From a virus, in the UHGV virus genome UHGV-1366948: a stretch of 38,925 nucleotides of DNA. One strand, given 5' to 3'. Shown here piece by piece: positions 8,045-16,519 of the stretch. The notes under the pieces were generated by a model, which searched no databases, had not been told where the DNA came from, and saw only the letters and a program-made list of their open reading frames with translations. The translations under genes were made by a program, and so were the position numbers. Positions within the stretch are counted from its first letter, which is position 1. Each line of letters opens with the position of its first letter.

Positions 8045-8988
8045 CGCGCATGCAGAACCTTGCCTATCGGCTGCTGCTGGAAGAGTGCTACATGACCGAG
8101 CGGCCTCTGCCGTCAGATCCTGCTGAGTGCGCCCGCAAGATCGGCATGTCCGATTGCGTAGACGACGTGAGGCTGGTGCTGAATGACTTCTTCGAGCTGG
8201 GCGAGGACGGCTACAGGAATCGTCGCTGCGAGGAGGAGCTGAGCAACTGCATCGAGCGCCAGGAGAAAAAGCGCCGGGCCGGCATGGCGTCGGGCGAGGC
8301 GCGGCGCGCACGCGCCGAGCGCCTCAAGCAAGGCACGCAAAGCGATGTGCGCACCGGCACGGCATCGAGAAATGAACGGATGCTGAACACCCATCCGACA
8401 GATGATGAACAGCCGCTGAACATCTGTTCAACACGTGTTGAACTACCCAACACCCATTACCCATTACCCAAAACCCATCTAACCCCCCCTGTCCCCCCCT
8501 TGGGCGGCCTGGGGTCAGTGACGTCATTCGATGTCGATCCTGTTGCGGGGCCTGAAGGCGCGGTCAGCTCGGGCACAAGCCAGCAAAGCGCGGCGCTGCC
8601 CGATTCGGCCAGGCAGCGCCATGCGCGTGCACGTAGCGGTCCCGAGAGCTGGTCCGGCGTGCATGTCGAGCGACCCGGTGAGGTTTCGGTAGCGCTGTGG
8701 CGCGACTTCTGCGCGCTGCGAAAGGCCAAGCGCGCCCCGATCACCGAGGCTGCACTGGCAGGCATACGGCGCGAGGCCGGCAAGGCCGGGGTAACGCTCT
8801 CGGATGCGCTGGCGTTCATGGCTGAACGAGGGCACCAGGGCTTCATCGTCGATGCGTATCTGCGCCGCGACGGCCCATCGCCGTCCAGGCGAGGCGCGCC
8901 CGCCAGGTTGCAGCACACGCCGCACGGCGGCTTTTCGGAACTCGATTACCGTCAGGAGGTCAACGAGGATGGGACCCTCGCACAGTAG
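7990..8988 (+). CDS. Phage replication initiator / replisome organizer: N-terminal DUF1376 (YdaU-like) domain plus C-terminal helicase-loader-interaction-like domain (332 aa)
   Basis: N-terminus MHYFSFHIRDYRSKTGYLTRMQNLAYRLLLEECYMTERPLPSD matches the DUF1376 signature (MxYxxxHIxDY...Y.RLL..Y....PLP.D). Followed by a DnaC-like loader. Confidence 0.65.
   Translation: MHYFSFHIRDYRSKTGYLTRMQNLAYRLLLEECYMTERPLPSDPAECARKIGMSDCVDDVRLVLNDFFELGEDGYRNRRCEEELSNCIERQEKKRRAGMASGEARRARAERLKQGTQSDVRTGTASRNERMLNTHPTDDEQPLNICSTRVELPNTHYPLPKTHLTPPVPPLGGLGSVTSFDVDPVAGPEGAVSSGTSQQSAALPDSARQRHARARSGPESWSGVHVERPGEVSVALWRDFCALRKAKRAPITEAALAGIRREAGKAGVTLSDALAFMAERGHQGFIVDAYLRRDGPSPSRRGAPARLQHTPHGGFSELDYRQEVNEDGTLAQ
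8370..8510. repeat. Ori-like repeat island inside the initiator gene: TGAACA x3 plus its inverse TGTTCA, a perfect 16-bp palindrome TTCAACACGTGTTGAA, tandem CCCATTA CCCATTA CCC, then C7 and C8 runs
   Basis: All repeats seen directly. Local AT enrichment in an otherwise GC-rich coding sequence. By analogy to lambda, the ori iterons may lie within the O gene. Confidence 0.45.
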
Positions 8989-9796
8989 GCCAGCACCTCG
9001 ACGGCTGGCGCAGATCACAGGCAGAACCGTGTCGCCACTGGGCGCGCGCGACGCTGTCTGCGAGCGACACGGACCGTACCGCAGCGACGGCTGGCTGCTC
9101 TGCGGTGTGCGCGAGTGCTGGCGCCCGTGCCCAGCCTGCAGCCGTGAGGCTGAACAGCGGGAGGAGGCCGAGGCTGCGCGCCAGCGCGTAGAGGCCAGAC
9201 GGCGACGCCTGGAGCGAGCCATTCAGCGCGCAGCCATCCCGCCGCGCTTTACAGACCGGACGTTCGAGGGCTACCGGGTCATGAGCGACGCACAGCGCCG
9301 TGCGCTGCAGGCCGCGCGCGCCTACGCCGCCGATTTTGCCGCTCATCGCAAAGCCGGCAAGGGACTGGTGTTCGTTGGGAGTACGGGCACCGGAAAGAGC
9401 CACCTGGCGTGCGCCATCCTGCGCGCAGTGGTGCTGCAGGGCTTCGCTGGCCTGTACATCACGGCGCTGGAGCTGATCCGCATGGTGCGAAGCACGTGGC
9501 GCCACAGAGGCGACATGACCGAGCAGGATGCGTTCGCCGAGCTGGAGAGCGTCGATCTTCTGGTCATCGACGAAGTGGGCATGCAGTACGGCACCGAGGG
9601 CGAGCAGGTTCTGGTTGGCGAGGTACTGGACCGGCGCTATCGCCTCCTCGCCCCCACTGTTGTGCTGACCAACCAGACCCCGGCGGGACTGGCTGCCTAC
9701 ATCGGTGACAGGCCGTTTGACCGGCTGCGCGAGGACAGCCAGTGGATTGTCTGTGACTGGGAGAGCTACCGCAGAAGACCGGGGGTCGGCAAGTGA
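8969..9796 (+). CDS. DnaC/IstB-like AAA+ helicase loader
   Basis: Walker A GLVFVGSTGTGKSHLACAI and Walker B DLLVIDEVG. AGGAGG lies upstream of ATG 8969. Confidence 0.8.
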   Translation: MGPSHSRPAPRRLAQITGRTVSPLGARDAVCERHGPYRSDGWLLCGVRECWRPCPACSREAEQREEAEAARQRVEARRRRLERAIQRAAIPPRFTDRTFEGYRVMSDAQRRALQAARAYAADFAAHRKAGKGLVFVGSTGTGKSHLACAILRAVVLQGFAGLYITALELIRMVRSTWRHRGDMTEQDAFAELESVDLLVIDEVGMQYGTEGEQVLVGEVLDRRYRLLAPTVVLTNQTPAGLAAYIGDRPFDRLREDSQWIVCDWESYRRRPGVGK

Positions 9797-10119
9797 CATG
9801 CAAAGGATGCGAGCTGGCCGCCGCGACGCGATACGCGGGCCTATATGTGTTGACCTGCCTGGACTGCTGTATCCGGCTGGTGCTCTCGGCGCACCCGAGC
9901 AAGGAGCGCGCCGCCGCCATGTTGGCGGTCATCGAGCACGGCCCTGGTGCGCCGGATCGTGCACAGATTCTGGCGGGCGTGCAGAAGGCGCTGGATGCTC
10001 GTGCTGCCAGCCAGGCGGAGCATTCTGGCGCTGCGTCGCCTGGAGCGCATCCGAGTGGACGCAGGTCGGTGCGCCAACAACCGCCGGGATCCCGGCGCTT
10101 TTCCGGAGGTCGCTCATGA
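9793..10119 (+). CDS. Hypothetical protein with N-terminal Cys4 zinc-ribbon-like motif (CKGCE...CLDCC); GTG start
   Basis: GTG overlapping the dnaC-like stop. Confidence 0.35.
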   Translation: MTCKGCELAAATRYAGLYVLTCLDCCIRLVLSAHPSKERAAAMLAVIEHGPGAPDRAQILAGVQKALDARAASQAEHSGAASPGAHPSGRRSVRQQPPGSRRFSGGRS

Positions 10120-10331
10120 AGCGCCTGATGCAACGATTCAAGATGTGGGGCGTGATCGCCGCGCATCTCGCGTTTCTGGTTTTCCTCATCTGGTGGGTGA
10201 TCCTGCTGTCAGCGCGGCTTGTTGACCTACTGCCCCCCTGGATCTGGCCGGCATCGGATGAGGGGCCGCGCATCGAGGGCGTCATCCTGCCGCCGGCCGA
10301 CGAGAGCGGTGCCAGCGAGGCGCAGCCATGA
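10116..10331 (+). CDS. Small membrane protein (71 aa, one hydrophobic helix VIAAHLAFLVFLIWWVILL)
   Basis: Perfect GGAGGT lies 5 nt upstream of the ATG. Confidence 0.5.
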   Translation: MKRLMQRFKMWGVIAAHLAFLVFLIWWVILLSARLVDLLPPWIWPASDEGPRIEGVILPPADESGASEAQP

Positions 10332-10735
10332 TGCGCCACACCTTCATTCTCGCGCACGCCCAAGCGCGCCAGCGCGCCATCGAGGCGGTACGTGCCGCGC
10401 CCGATGGCTTTGCCGTAACAGTGGGCGAGAACACTCGCACGCTCGATCAGAACGCCGCGCAGTGGCCGATTCTGGAGGCGTTCGCGCAGCAGCTGCAGTG
10501 GCCTGTCAATGGCGCGCTGACGTGGATGAGCGCTGAGGAGTGGAAGGATGTGCTCACGGCCGCGTTCTTCCAGGAATCGGCCCGCCTGGCCATGGGCCTG
10601 AACGGCGGCGTGGTGATGCTGGGTCGACGCACGTCGCAGTTCGGCCGGCAGGAGTTCGGAGCCTGGCTGGAGTTTCTGCACGCAGTGGCCGTCGAGCGCG
10701 GCGTGGCGCTGCCCGAGCCGAGGGCGCTCACATGA
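10328..10735 (+). CDS. ninB: NinB (lambda Orf) family recombination mediator
   Basis: Matches lambda NinB motifs RTLDQNAAQW, EEWKDVLTAAFF, GGVVMLGRRTSQF and EFGAWLEFLHAVAVERGV. Confidence 0.75.
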   Translation: MMRHTFILAHAQARQRAIEAVRAAPDGFAVTVGENTRTLDQNAAQWPILEAFAQQLQWPVNGALTWMSAEEWKDVLTAAFFQESARLAMGLNGGVVMLGRRTSQFGRQEFGAWLEFLHAVAVERGVALPEPRALT

Positions 10736-11037
10736 CGCTGGCCGCGATCCGCAGCGCCTACGGCGTGCCAGCCTGGCCGCTGGCGCGCGTGCTCTACACG
10801 GCAGGCGGCGCGACTCGCAGCGGCGTGATCGTGGGCAGCAGCGGCCCGTACCTGATCGTTCGATTCGATGACAACCGCCGCACCGCCTACCTGCACCCGA
10901 CCTGGGGCGTGGTGTACCTGGATCCTCAGCCACCGCGCCCCAAAAAACCGAAGAAGACGCTCGGCCCACGCCGGGCGCGACGCCCCCCTATCGAGACCCC
11001 GGGCGAGCCCGGAACCACACCCAAGGACGAAGCATGA
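10732..11037 (+). CDS. Hypothetical nin-region protein (101 aa)
   Basis: ATGA overlap with the ninB stop. Confidence 0.45.
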   Translation: MTLAAIRSAYGVPAWPLARVLYTAGGATRSGVIVGSSGPYLIVRFDDNRRTAYLHPTWGVVYLDPQPPRPKKPKKTLGPRRARRPPIETPGEPGTTPKDEA

Positions 11038-11570
11038 AAACGAATCACATCCTGCTGGCCAGTGGCCGCATGGTCAACGGCCGGATGTATGACGACGACG
11101 AAGGCGCTGCGGCAGAGATCCGGCGCGTGCTCAAGGCGCAGCGCGTCATCGAGAGGCATGGCGTCGCGCTGTGCGTCACCGCAGAGGGCGACGGGGGCGG
11201 CGAGGAGAACGAGGCCGCCATTGGCGCCTACCGCACTGAGACCGGAAAGTGGCTGGTGATGCAGATCTGCGAAAAGGGCGAGATCAGCCACACCGCCATC
11301 GAGACCGAAACCGATGAGGATGCGCGCACGCTGCTGGCGCGCATGGCGCAGACTGCCATCAAGAACGCGGCCGAACGCCAGCTCAATGGCCTGTTGCAGC
11401 GCATCCGGATGAGCGAGTCACCCGCGCGGCCGACTGACAGCAGCCAGGCGGGGGCTTGCGCGCAGGATGCGGGCGCGCTGGCTGACGACGCGCATGCTGG
11501 CTGCGACCGGGACAGCGACAGCCAGGACAGCGCCACGGACGCCAGCGACAGCGGCGGGAGCGCCTGCTGA
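11034..11570 (+). CDS. Hypothetical nin-region protein (178 aa) with acidic Asp/Ser-rich C-terminus
   Basis: ATGA overlap with the upstream gene. Confidence 0.45.
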   Translation: MKTNHILLASGRMVNGRMYDDDEGAAAEIRRVLKAQRVIERHGVALCVTAEGDGGGEENEAAIGAYRTETGKWLVMQICEKGEISHTAIETETDEDARTLLARMAQTAIKNAAERQLNGLLQRIRMSESPARPTDSSQAGACAQDAGALADDAHAGCDRDSDSQDSATDASDSGGSAC

Positions 11571-11866
11571 TGCAGAGCCCGAACAAGCGCGCGCCCACGC
11601 AGGCCGAAAAGCGCCACTGCCAGCGCGTGGCGGCCCTGCCCTGTAGCGTCTGCGGCCAGGCCGGTCCGTCGGAGGTGCACGAGATCAAGCAAGGCCAGTG
11701 GTACACATCGGTGGCGTTGTGCGCAGACTGCCACCGAGGCAGCCTGCTGGGGCTGCACGGGCAGCGTCGCGCCTGGATCATCCGCAAGATGGACGAGATC
11801 GATGCGCTGGCCGTGACCGTCGGCCGGTTGATGGCCCAAACGGGCCGCGAGGGAGCGATGCCGTGA
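11570..11866 (+). CDS. Small Cys/His zinc-binding phage protein (YbcO/DUF1364-like putative nuclease, 98 aa)
   Basis: RHCQRVAALPCSVCGQ...HEIKQG...ALCADCHRG metal-ligand pattern. TGATG coupling to the upstream gene. Confidence 0.45.
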   Translation: MQSPNKRAPTQAEKRHCQRVAALPCSVCGQAGPSEVHEIKQGQWYTSVALCADCHRGSLLGLHGQRRAWIIRKMDEIDALAVTVGRLMAQTGREGAMP

Positions 11867-11868
11867 GC

Positions 11869-12189
11869 ATGTCGAACCGACCTGCCTGCCCGAAACTCGA
11901 CGAGCTACTGGCGCAGCGCGCCGCGCGCTACGGGACGTTCGAGGGCACAGCGCACACAGCGCAGGCGCTCAAGCGCCTGATGCACGACGCGCCCGGCTGG
12001 GTGCTGCTGACGGACACGCAGCGTGAGGGCCTGGAGATGATCCAGATGAAGGTGGCGCGGATGCTCAACGGCGATCCGACCTATCTGGACAACATCGTGG
12101 ACATCTGCGGGTACGCTGAGCTTGTGCGCGAAGCCATGACCGAGGCGCGTCGCAGCGCAACCAGCAACACAGACGCAGGCGAGCCATGA
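11869..12189 (+). CDS. Hypothetical phage protein (106 aa)
   Basis: ATG at 11869 just after the upstream stop. Confidence 0.45.
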   Translation: MSNRPACPKLDELLAQRAARYGTFEGTAHTAQALKRLMHDAPGWVLLTDTQREGLEMIQMKVARMLNGDPTYLDNIVDICGYAELVREAMTEARRSATSNTDAGEP

Positions 12190-12476
12190 GGCTGATTGCG
12201 CGTCGCCATCAGTACTACGGCAATGGCGAGCCGTTCGACAGCACCGCCATCGCCCGGCGCGAGGTCCGCAGGCGCGTGCAGCACGTCCTGGACGGCTCCG
12301 AGGAAGTGTCGCGCCACGAGCTGCGCCTGGGCGTCGTGGCGCTGCACCAGACGCTGGACCACGGGTATGCAGTGGAGATCACCGACGCGCATAACGACAC
12401 CGAGGAGATCTGGTTGTCATCTGACTTGCAGGCCGCTATCGGCGTCTACCAGACCTGGGTAAGGGCTCTCTCATGA
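12186..12476 (+). CDS. Hypothetical phage protein (96 aa)
   Basis: ATGA overlaps at both ends. Confidence 0.4.
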   Translation: MRLIARRHQYYGNGEPFDSTAIARREVRRRVQHVLDGSEEVSRHELRLGVVALHQTLDHGYAVEITDAHNDTEEIWLSSDLQAAIGVYQTWVRALS

Positions 12477-12952
12477 CCGATATCAAGACCCAGCCCACAC
12501 GAATGCCGGCTGCCGAGCAGCCAGCGAGATCGGCGCCCACTGGCGACGACCTCGGTGACCTGCCACGCAGCGTCCAGGAAATCGCCCTGGTCATCGGCCG
12601 CGCTGATGCCATGCGGCTCATCGGCCAGCTGCCAACATTCGTGGCCGGCATCGAGGGCAAGCAATCGGCCAGGAAGGCTCTCTACGTGCCCAAGCGCCTG
12701 CCGCCCCGGCATCGCCTGGTGAGGATCCTGGGCGCGGAGAAAGCATTGAAGCTGGTCGAGGCGTTCGGCGGCCGCACGCTGCAGCCAGCCAACTGCCGGC
12801 ACGTCTTCACCCGCTACCGAGACGAAGCGATCCTGCGGATGCTGCGAGAAGGAGCGAGTGTCCCGGTGGTGTTGTCAGTGATGCGCGTCTCGCGCCGCTA
12901 CGTCGATGACCTGAGAGCGAGGGCCAAAAATGACCCGGCCAAGGCCGCCTGA
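12473..12952 (+). CDS. Mor/C-family-like late transcription activator (159 aa)
   Basis: C-terminal half (IALVIGRADAMRLIGQLP...FGGRTLQPANCRHVFTRYRDEAILRMLREGASVPVVLSVMRVSRRYV) resembles Mu Mor (HLGGGQVYIPRG...RNVSELTTRYGVTFNTVYKAI). Positioned directly before the lysis and late genes. Confidence 0.4.
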   Translation: MTDIKTQPTRMPAAEQPARSAPTGDDLGDLPRSVQEIALVIGRADAMRLIGQLPTFVAGIEGKQSARKALYVPKRLPPRHRLVRILGAEKALKLVEAFGGRTLQPANCRHVFTRYRDEAILRMLREGASVPVVLSVMRVSRRYVDDLRARAKNDPAKAA

Positions 12953-12986
12953 GCGCCGCCTGTCGGCTGCGCGCATCGGATGGCGG

Positions 12987-13000
12987 CACCACAAGTGGAG
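12987..13000 (+). promoter_or_regulatory. Late-operon element copy 1: cACCACAAGTGGAg (imperfect dyad CCAC-AA-GTGG), 55 nt upstream of the holin gene
   Basis: Identical 12-mer ACCACAAGTGGA also at 18356..18367 and 24867..24878. Confidence 0.4.
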
Positions 13001-13054
13001 TCGTGGCGTGCGCCCCACGATAGTGGCGCCTCGCTGCGAACCCGGGGGCAAGAG

Positions 13055-13384
13055 ATGAACGAGGGCGACCTACTGACCGAGGTCATGAAGTACGTGGGAG
13101 GCGCTACGGGCGGCGGCGTACTGACCGCGTTCGTTGTGCGGCTGGCGTACAGAAAGCTGATTGAGGAAGGCGCGGCCGCCCAGCGCACGGTCTGGGAGAC
13201 CGAGTTCATCGGCATGCTGCGCGCCGAGGTCGAGCGCCTGGCCGGGGTGAATCGAGATCTGTACGCCCAGGCTGCCGAGATGCATCGACGCATGATTCAA
13301 CTCATCACCGAGAACACCGAGATGCGCGAGAAACTGGCGCGGCCGGGGGCCGCAGGACAACAGCACCAGGAGGGCGAGGCATGA
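13055..13384 (+). CDS. Putative holin (109 aa, single TMD VGGATGGGVLTAFVVRLAY then charged/coiled C-terminus)
   Basis: Immediately precedes, and is translationally coupled to, the endolysin gene. Confidence 0.4.
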   Translation: MNEGDLLTEVMKYVGGATGGGVLTAFVVRLAYRKLIEEGAAAQRTVWETEFIGMLRAEVERLAGVNRDLYAQAAEMHRRMIQLITENTEMREKLARPGAAGQQHQEGEA

Positions 13385-13869
13385 TGGAGCCTGCCTGGAT
13401 CACCGAGGCACGCAAGTACGTGGGCACGCGCGAGATTCGCGGCCCGCGTCACGAGCCCCGGATCCTCGCGTGGTGGCGCTCCGTCTTTCGGGGTGGCATC
13501 CGCGATGATGAGACCCCCTGGTGCTCGGCGTTCGTGGGCGCGATGTTCGAGGCAGTGGGCGTTCGCTCGACGCGCTTCGAGTCGGCCAAGAGCTGGGAGA
13601 CCTGGGGGCAGGCGCTCGCGCGTCCCGTCTTCGGGTGCGTTGTCACGTTCTGGCGTCCTGGCGGGGGCGGCCACGTCGGCTTCCTGCTGGGGCAGGATAT
13701 GCAGGGCAACCTCCTGGTGCTTGGCGGCAACCAAGAAGACGAGGTCAACGTCCGGGCGTTCTCGCCTCGCCGCGTCACGTCCTATCGTTGGCCTGCCGGC
13801 GTGCCCCTCGACGGCACTGAGTCACCGCCGCTGATGGCCGCCGTGCCTGTCTCGACCCGCGAAGCCTGA
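13381..13869 (+). CDS. Endolysin, NlpC/P60-CHAP-like cysteine peptidase type (TIGR02594-like)
   Basis: WCSAFV (Cys nucleophile) and GGGHVGF (His) motifs. Lysis-cassette position between holin and spanins. Confidence 0.5.
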   Translation: MMEPAWITEARKYVGTREIRGPRHEPRILAWWRSVFRGGIRDDETPWCSAFVGAMFEAVGVRSTRFESAKSWETWGQALARPVFGCVVTFWRPGGGGHVGFLLGQDMQGNLLVLGGNQEDEVNVRAFSPRRVTSYRWPAGVPLDGTESPPLMAAVPVSTREA

Positions 13870-13871
13870 CC

Positions 13872-14324
13872 ATGGCCAACATCCAGGCTTTCATCCTGGC
13901 CAGCCGCCAGGGCCCGCTGATCGTCGCCTGCGTCGTGCTGCTCGCTGTGGTCATGGCCGCGTATCTGCGCGGCTACGCGAGCGGCAAGCAAAGCGCCCAG
14001 GCCCATTACAACCAGCTCCTGGCTGAGCGCGACCAGGCTGCGCTCAAGCAGCTGACCGAGGCCGTCATCCGAGAGCGCCAGGCCGCCGAGGCTGCCGCCG
14101 CCATTGAGCGCGAGCACCTGGAAGCGGAGCTGAAGCGCGCCCAACAACAGCAAGTCGTCACCAAGGTGGTAAAGGAGTATGTCCACGCGCGCCCTGATCT
14201 CAATCGCTGCAGTCTCGACGCTGACGGCCTGCGCCTCTGGAATGCTGCCAATGCCGGCAAGCAATCCCGCGCAAGCGCCCAGCGCAAGGCCCATACCCGA
14301 GGCCCTCATGGTTCTGTGCGCTGA
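13872..14324 (+). CDS. i-spanin (Rz-like): N-terminal TMD plus periplasmic coiled coil
   Basis: LIVACVVLLAVVMAAYL TMD, then heptad-rich QLLAERDQAALKQLTEAVIRERQAAEAAAA. Confidence 0.6.
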   Translation: MANIQAFILASRQGPLIVACVVLLAVVMAAYLRGYASGKQSAQAHYNQLLAERDQAALKQLTEAVIRERQAAEAAAAIEREHLEAELKRAQQQQVVTKVVKEYVHARPDLNRCSLDADGLRLWNAANAGKQSRASAQRKAHTRGPHGSVR

Positions 14325-14535
14325 CCTGCCCCATGCCAAAGACGGCAGGCTGTCGTCCTTGATGGAGAACCATGTGGAAACAGTTCAGCTCTACTATGCG
14401 TGCGCGGACCGGCACGAGGCGCTGGTGGCTGCGGTGCGTGCAATGCAGGGTAAGACGCGAATGGGTGAGACCTCGGATACGGTGCGCGGGGACGCCGAGT
14501 TTGTTGGCCCTCAGCGCGCGCAGGCGGGATTCTGA
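14179..14535 (+). CDS. o-spanin (Rz1-like outer-membrane lipoprotein), overlapping the i-spanin gene in another frame
   Basis: Signal peptide with lipobox LTAC. AAAGGAG sits immediately upstream of the ATG. Overlapped Rz/Rz1 architecture. Confidence 0.6.
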   Translation: MSTRALISIAAVSTLTACASGMLPMPASNPAQAPSARPIPEALMVLCADLPHAKDGRLSSLMENHVETVQLYYACADRHEALVAAVRAMQGKTRMGETSDTVRGDAEFVGPQRAQAGF

Positions 14536-14735
14536 GAGGCGCAGTCGTGCACCGAAGCAAAGGAGCGTAAAGATGCGAGAAAGCAGCCAAGGAATGCGGT
14601 GGAGCCCCGGGCGCCGGGGCGGGATGGGCACCCCCGGTAGAAAGGTACTTCCTGCTGGGGGCGCCGGGCGCCAGGCTACGACGGCGCGAGCTTCGCTGAC
14701 TGAGTGCGCTGAAATTTCTGTTTCGCTTCGCTGAC
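14536..14735. other. 200-bp non-coding region between the lysis and packaging genes: candidate cos/terminase-recognition region and late promoter
   Basis: Direct repeat CTTCGCTGAC at 14691..14700 and 14726..14735. GGGCGCCGGG twice. Confidence 0.3.
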
Positions 14736-16001
14736 ATGGATCCACGTTCTGCCCTGGCCATCGAGCAGGTCTCGATAGACGACCTGATTCCCTACGCCCG
14801 CAACAGCCGCACCCATAGCGACGCACAGGTCGCGCAGATCGCGGCCAGCATCCGCGAATTTGGCTTCACGAACCCGGTTCTGATTGACGCGGGCGCCGGC
14901 ATCATCGCCGGGCACGGTCGCGTGCTGGCTGCGCGCAAGCTCGGTCTGCAGCAGGTGCCGGCCATCCGCATCGACTACATGACCGAGGCGCAAAAGCGCG
15001 CCTACGTGATCGCCGACAACAAGCTGGCGCTCAACGCCGGCTGGGACAATGAGCTGCTGGCGCTGGAACTGGGGGAGCTGGGTGACGCCGGTTTCGACCT
15101 TTCGCTGACGGGCTTCGACGACGACGAGCTGGCAGCGCTTCGCATCGGCATCGAGGGCGAAACCGAAGGGCTTACCGACGAGGATGAGGCGCCGGAAACC
15201 GAAGCGCGCACCGTCACCGTGCCCGGCGACGTGTGGGTGATGGGCGAGCACCGGCTGATCTGCGGTGACTCGACCCGGGTCGACGTATTACAAAATGTAA
15301 CAGGGGGGGGTAAAGTGGACCTTTTGCTGACCGACCCTCCGTACAACGTCGCCTATGAGGGCAAGACGCGGGACGCGCTCACGATCCAGAACGACGCGAT
15401 GGGTGACGAGCAGTTCCGTCAGTTCCTGCGCGATGCATTCACGGCCGCCGATACGGTGATGAAGCCGGGGGCCGTCTTCTACATCTGGCACGCGGACAGC
15501 GAGGGCTACAACTTCCGGGGTGCCGCACGCGATACGGGCTGGACGGTGCGCCAGTGCCTGATCTGGCGCAAGCAGTCGATGGTGATGGGGCGCCAGGACT
15601 ATCACTGGCGGCATGAGCCGTGTCTGTATGGCTGGAAGGATGGCGCTGGGCACCTGTGGGCGTCGGATCGCAAGCAGACGACGGTGCTGGAGTTCGATCG
15701 ACCGGCGCGCAATGCCGAGCACCCAACGATGAAACCAGTGGCGCTTTTCGAGTATCAGATGCTCAACAACACGAAAGGCAGCGATGTGGTGCTCGATATC
15801 TTTGGCGGAAGCGGCACAACGCTGATTGCCTGCGAAAAGCACGGCCGGTGCGCGCGCCTGGTAGAGCTGGATCCGAAGTACTGCGACGTGATCGTGCGGC
15901 GCTGGCAGGCGTTTACCGGGCGCGCCGCTGTGCTCGAAGGCAGCGGCCGCACGTTCGATGACATGGCCGCCGAGCACCTGCCTGCGGAGGCGCCTGCATG
16001 A
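14736..16001 (+). CDS. ParB-like nuclease domain fused to DNA N6-adenine/N4-cytosine methyltransferase (421 aa)
   Basis: N-terminus ParB/Srx-like (RNSRTHSDAQVAQIAASIREFGFTNPVLID...GHGRVLAARKLG). C-terminus MTase with DPPY motif (LLLTDPPYNVAY) and SAM-binding FGGSGTT. Confidence 0.85.
   Translation: MDPRSALAIEQVSIDDLIPYARNSRTHSDAQVAQIAASIREFGFTNPVLIDAGAGIIAGHGRVLAARKLGLQQVPAIRIDYMTEAQKRAYVIADNKLALNAGWDNELLALELGELGDAGFDLSLTGFDDDELAALRIGIEGETEGLTDEDEAPETEARTVTVPGDVWVMGEHRLICGDSTRVDVLQNVTGGGKVDLLLTDPPYNVAYEGKTRDALTIQNDAMGDEQFRQFLRDAFTAADTVMKPGAVFYIWHADSEGYNFRGAARDTGWTVRQCLIWRKQSMVMGRQDYHWRHEPCLYGWKDGAGHLWASDRKQTTVLEFDRPARNAEHPTMKPVALFEYQMLNNTKGSDVVLDIFGGSGTTLIACEKHGRCARLVELDPKYCDVIVRRWQAFTGRAAVLEGSGRTFDDMAAEHLPAEAPA
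15303..15310. repeat. G8 homopolymer in the ParB-MTase inter-domain linker, within an unusually AT-rich 30-nt patch (TTACAAAATGTAACAGGGGGGGGTAAAG)
   Basis: Directly visible; encodes TGGGK. Confidence 0.9.
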
Positions 16002-16519
16002 GTCGCGCAGCGGCTGCGCCCACCTACCCGGTGGCAACGATTGCCAAGCTGCTGATGATCTCCGAGCGACGGGTGCAGCAGCTGAGCCAGGAGGGCGTCA
16101 TTCCGAAGGCCGAGCGCGGCCGCTATGAGCTGGCGCCGGCTGTGCAGGGTTACATCCGCTTCCTGCAGGAGAGGAGCTTGCGCAGTGACGCGCAGCCCAT
16201 CGACTACCACGCGGAAAAAGCGCGGCTGACCCGTGCGCAGGCCGATACTGCCGAGATCGAGCTGGCACGCGCTCGCGCGGAGGTGGTCAACGTCGCCCAG
16301 GTCGAGCGCAACCTGGCCAACCTCTTTGCCGAGGTCCGAACGAACCTGCGCAACATCCCTGCGCGCGTGGCCTCGACCGTGACCGGCCAGCCCGACGAAC
16401 GCGCGGTCAAGCGGCTGCTACTGGGTGAGATCGATCTGGCCCTGGATGCGCTGGCCGCGTCCGATGTCGTGGTCGAGCCGTCGGCCGATGATGGCGCAGC
16501 GGCAGATGGGGCGCTTTGA
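15998..16519 (+). CDS. Terminase small subunit (Nu1-like, N-terminal HTH)
   Basis: TIAKLLMISERRVQQLSQEGVIPK HTH and coiled coil. ATGA-coupled. Immediately upstream of gpA-type TerL. Confidence 0.7.
   Translation: MSRAAAAPTYPVATIAKLLMISERRVQQLSQEGVIPKAERGRYELAPAVQGYIRFLQERSLRSDAQPIDYHAEKARLTRAQADTAEIELARARAEVVNVAQVERNLANLFAEVRTNLRNIPARVASTVTGQPDERAVKRLLLGEIDLALDALAASDVVVEPSADDGAAADGAL

Noticed and set aside
7478-8311. 277-aa minus-strand ORF
   Set aside because: Antisense to the replication initiator gene. Arg/Ser/Pro-rich.
8440-8500. Possible CRISPR or telomere-like repeat (CCCATTA tandem, C-runs)
   Set aside because: Only two to three short units, no spacers, no cas genes. Better explained as origin iterons within the initiator gene.
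9929-10969. 346-aa minus-strand ORF
   Set aside because: Antisense to the ninB-region genes. Arg-rich artefact.
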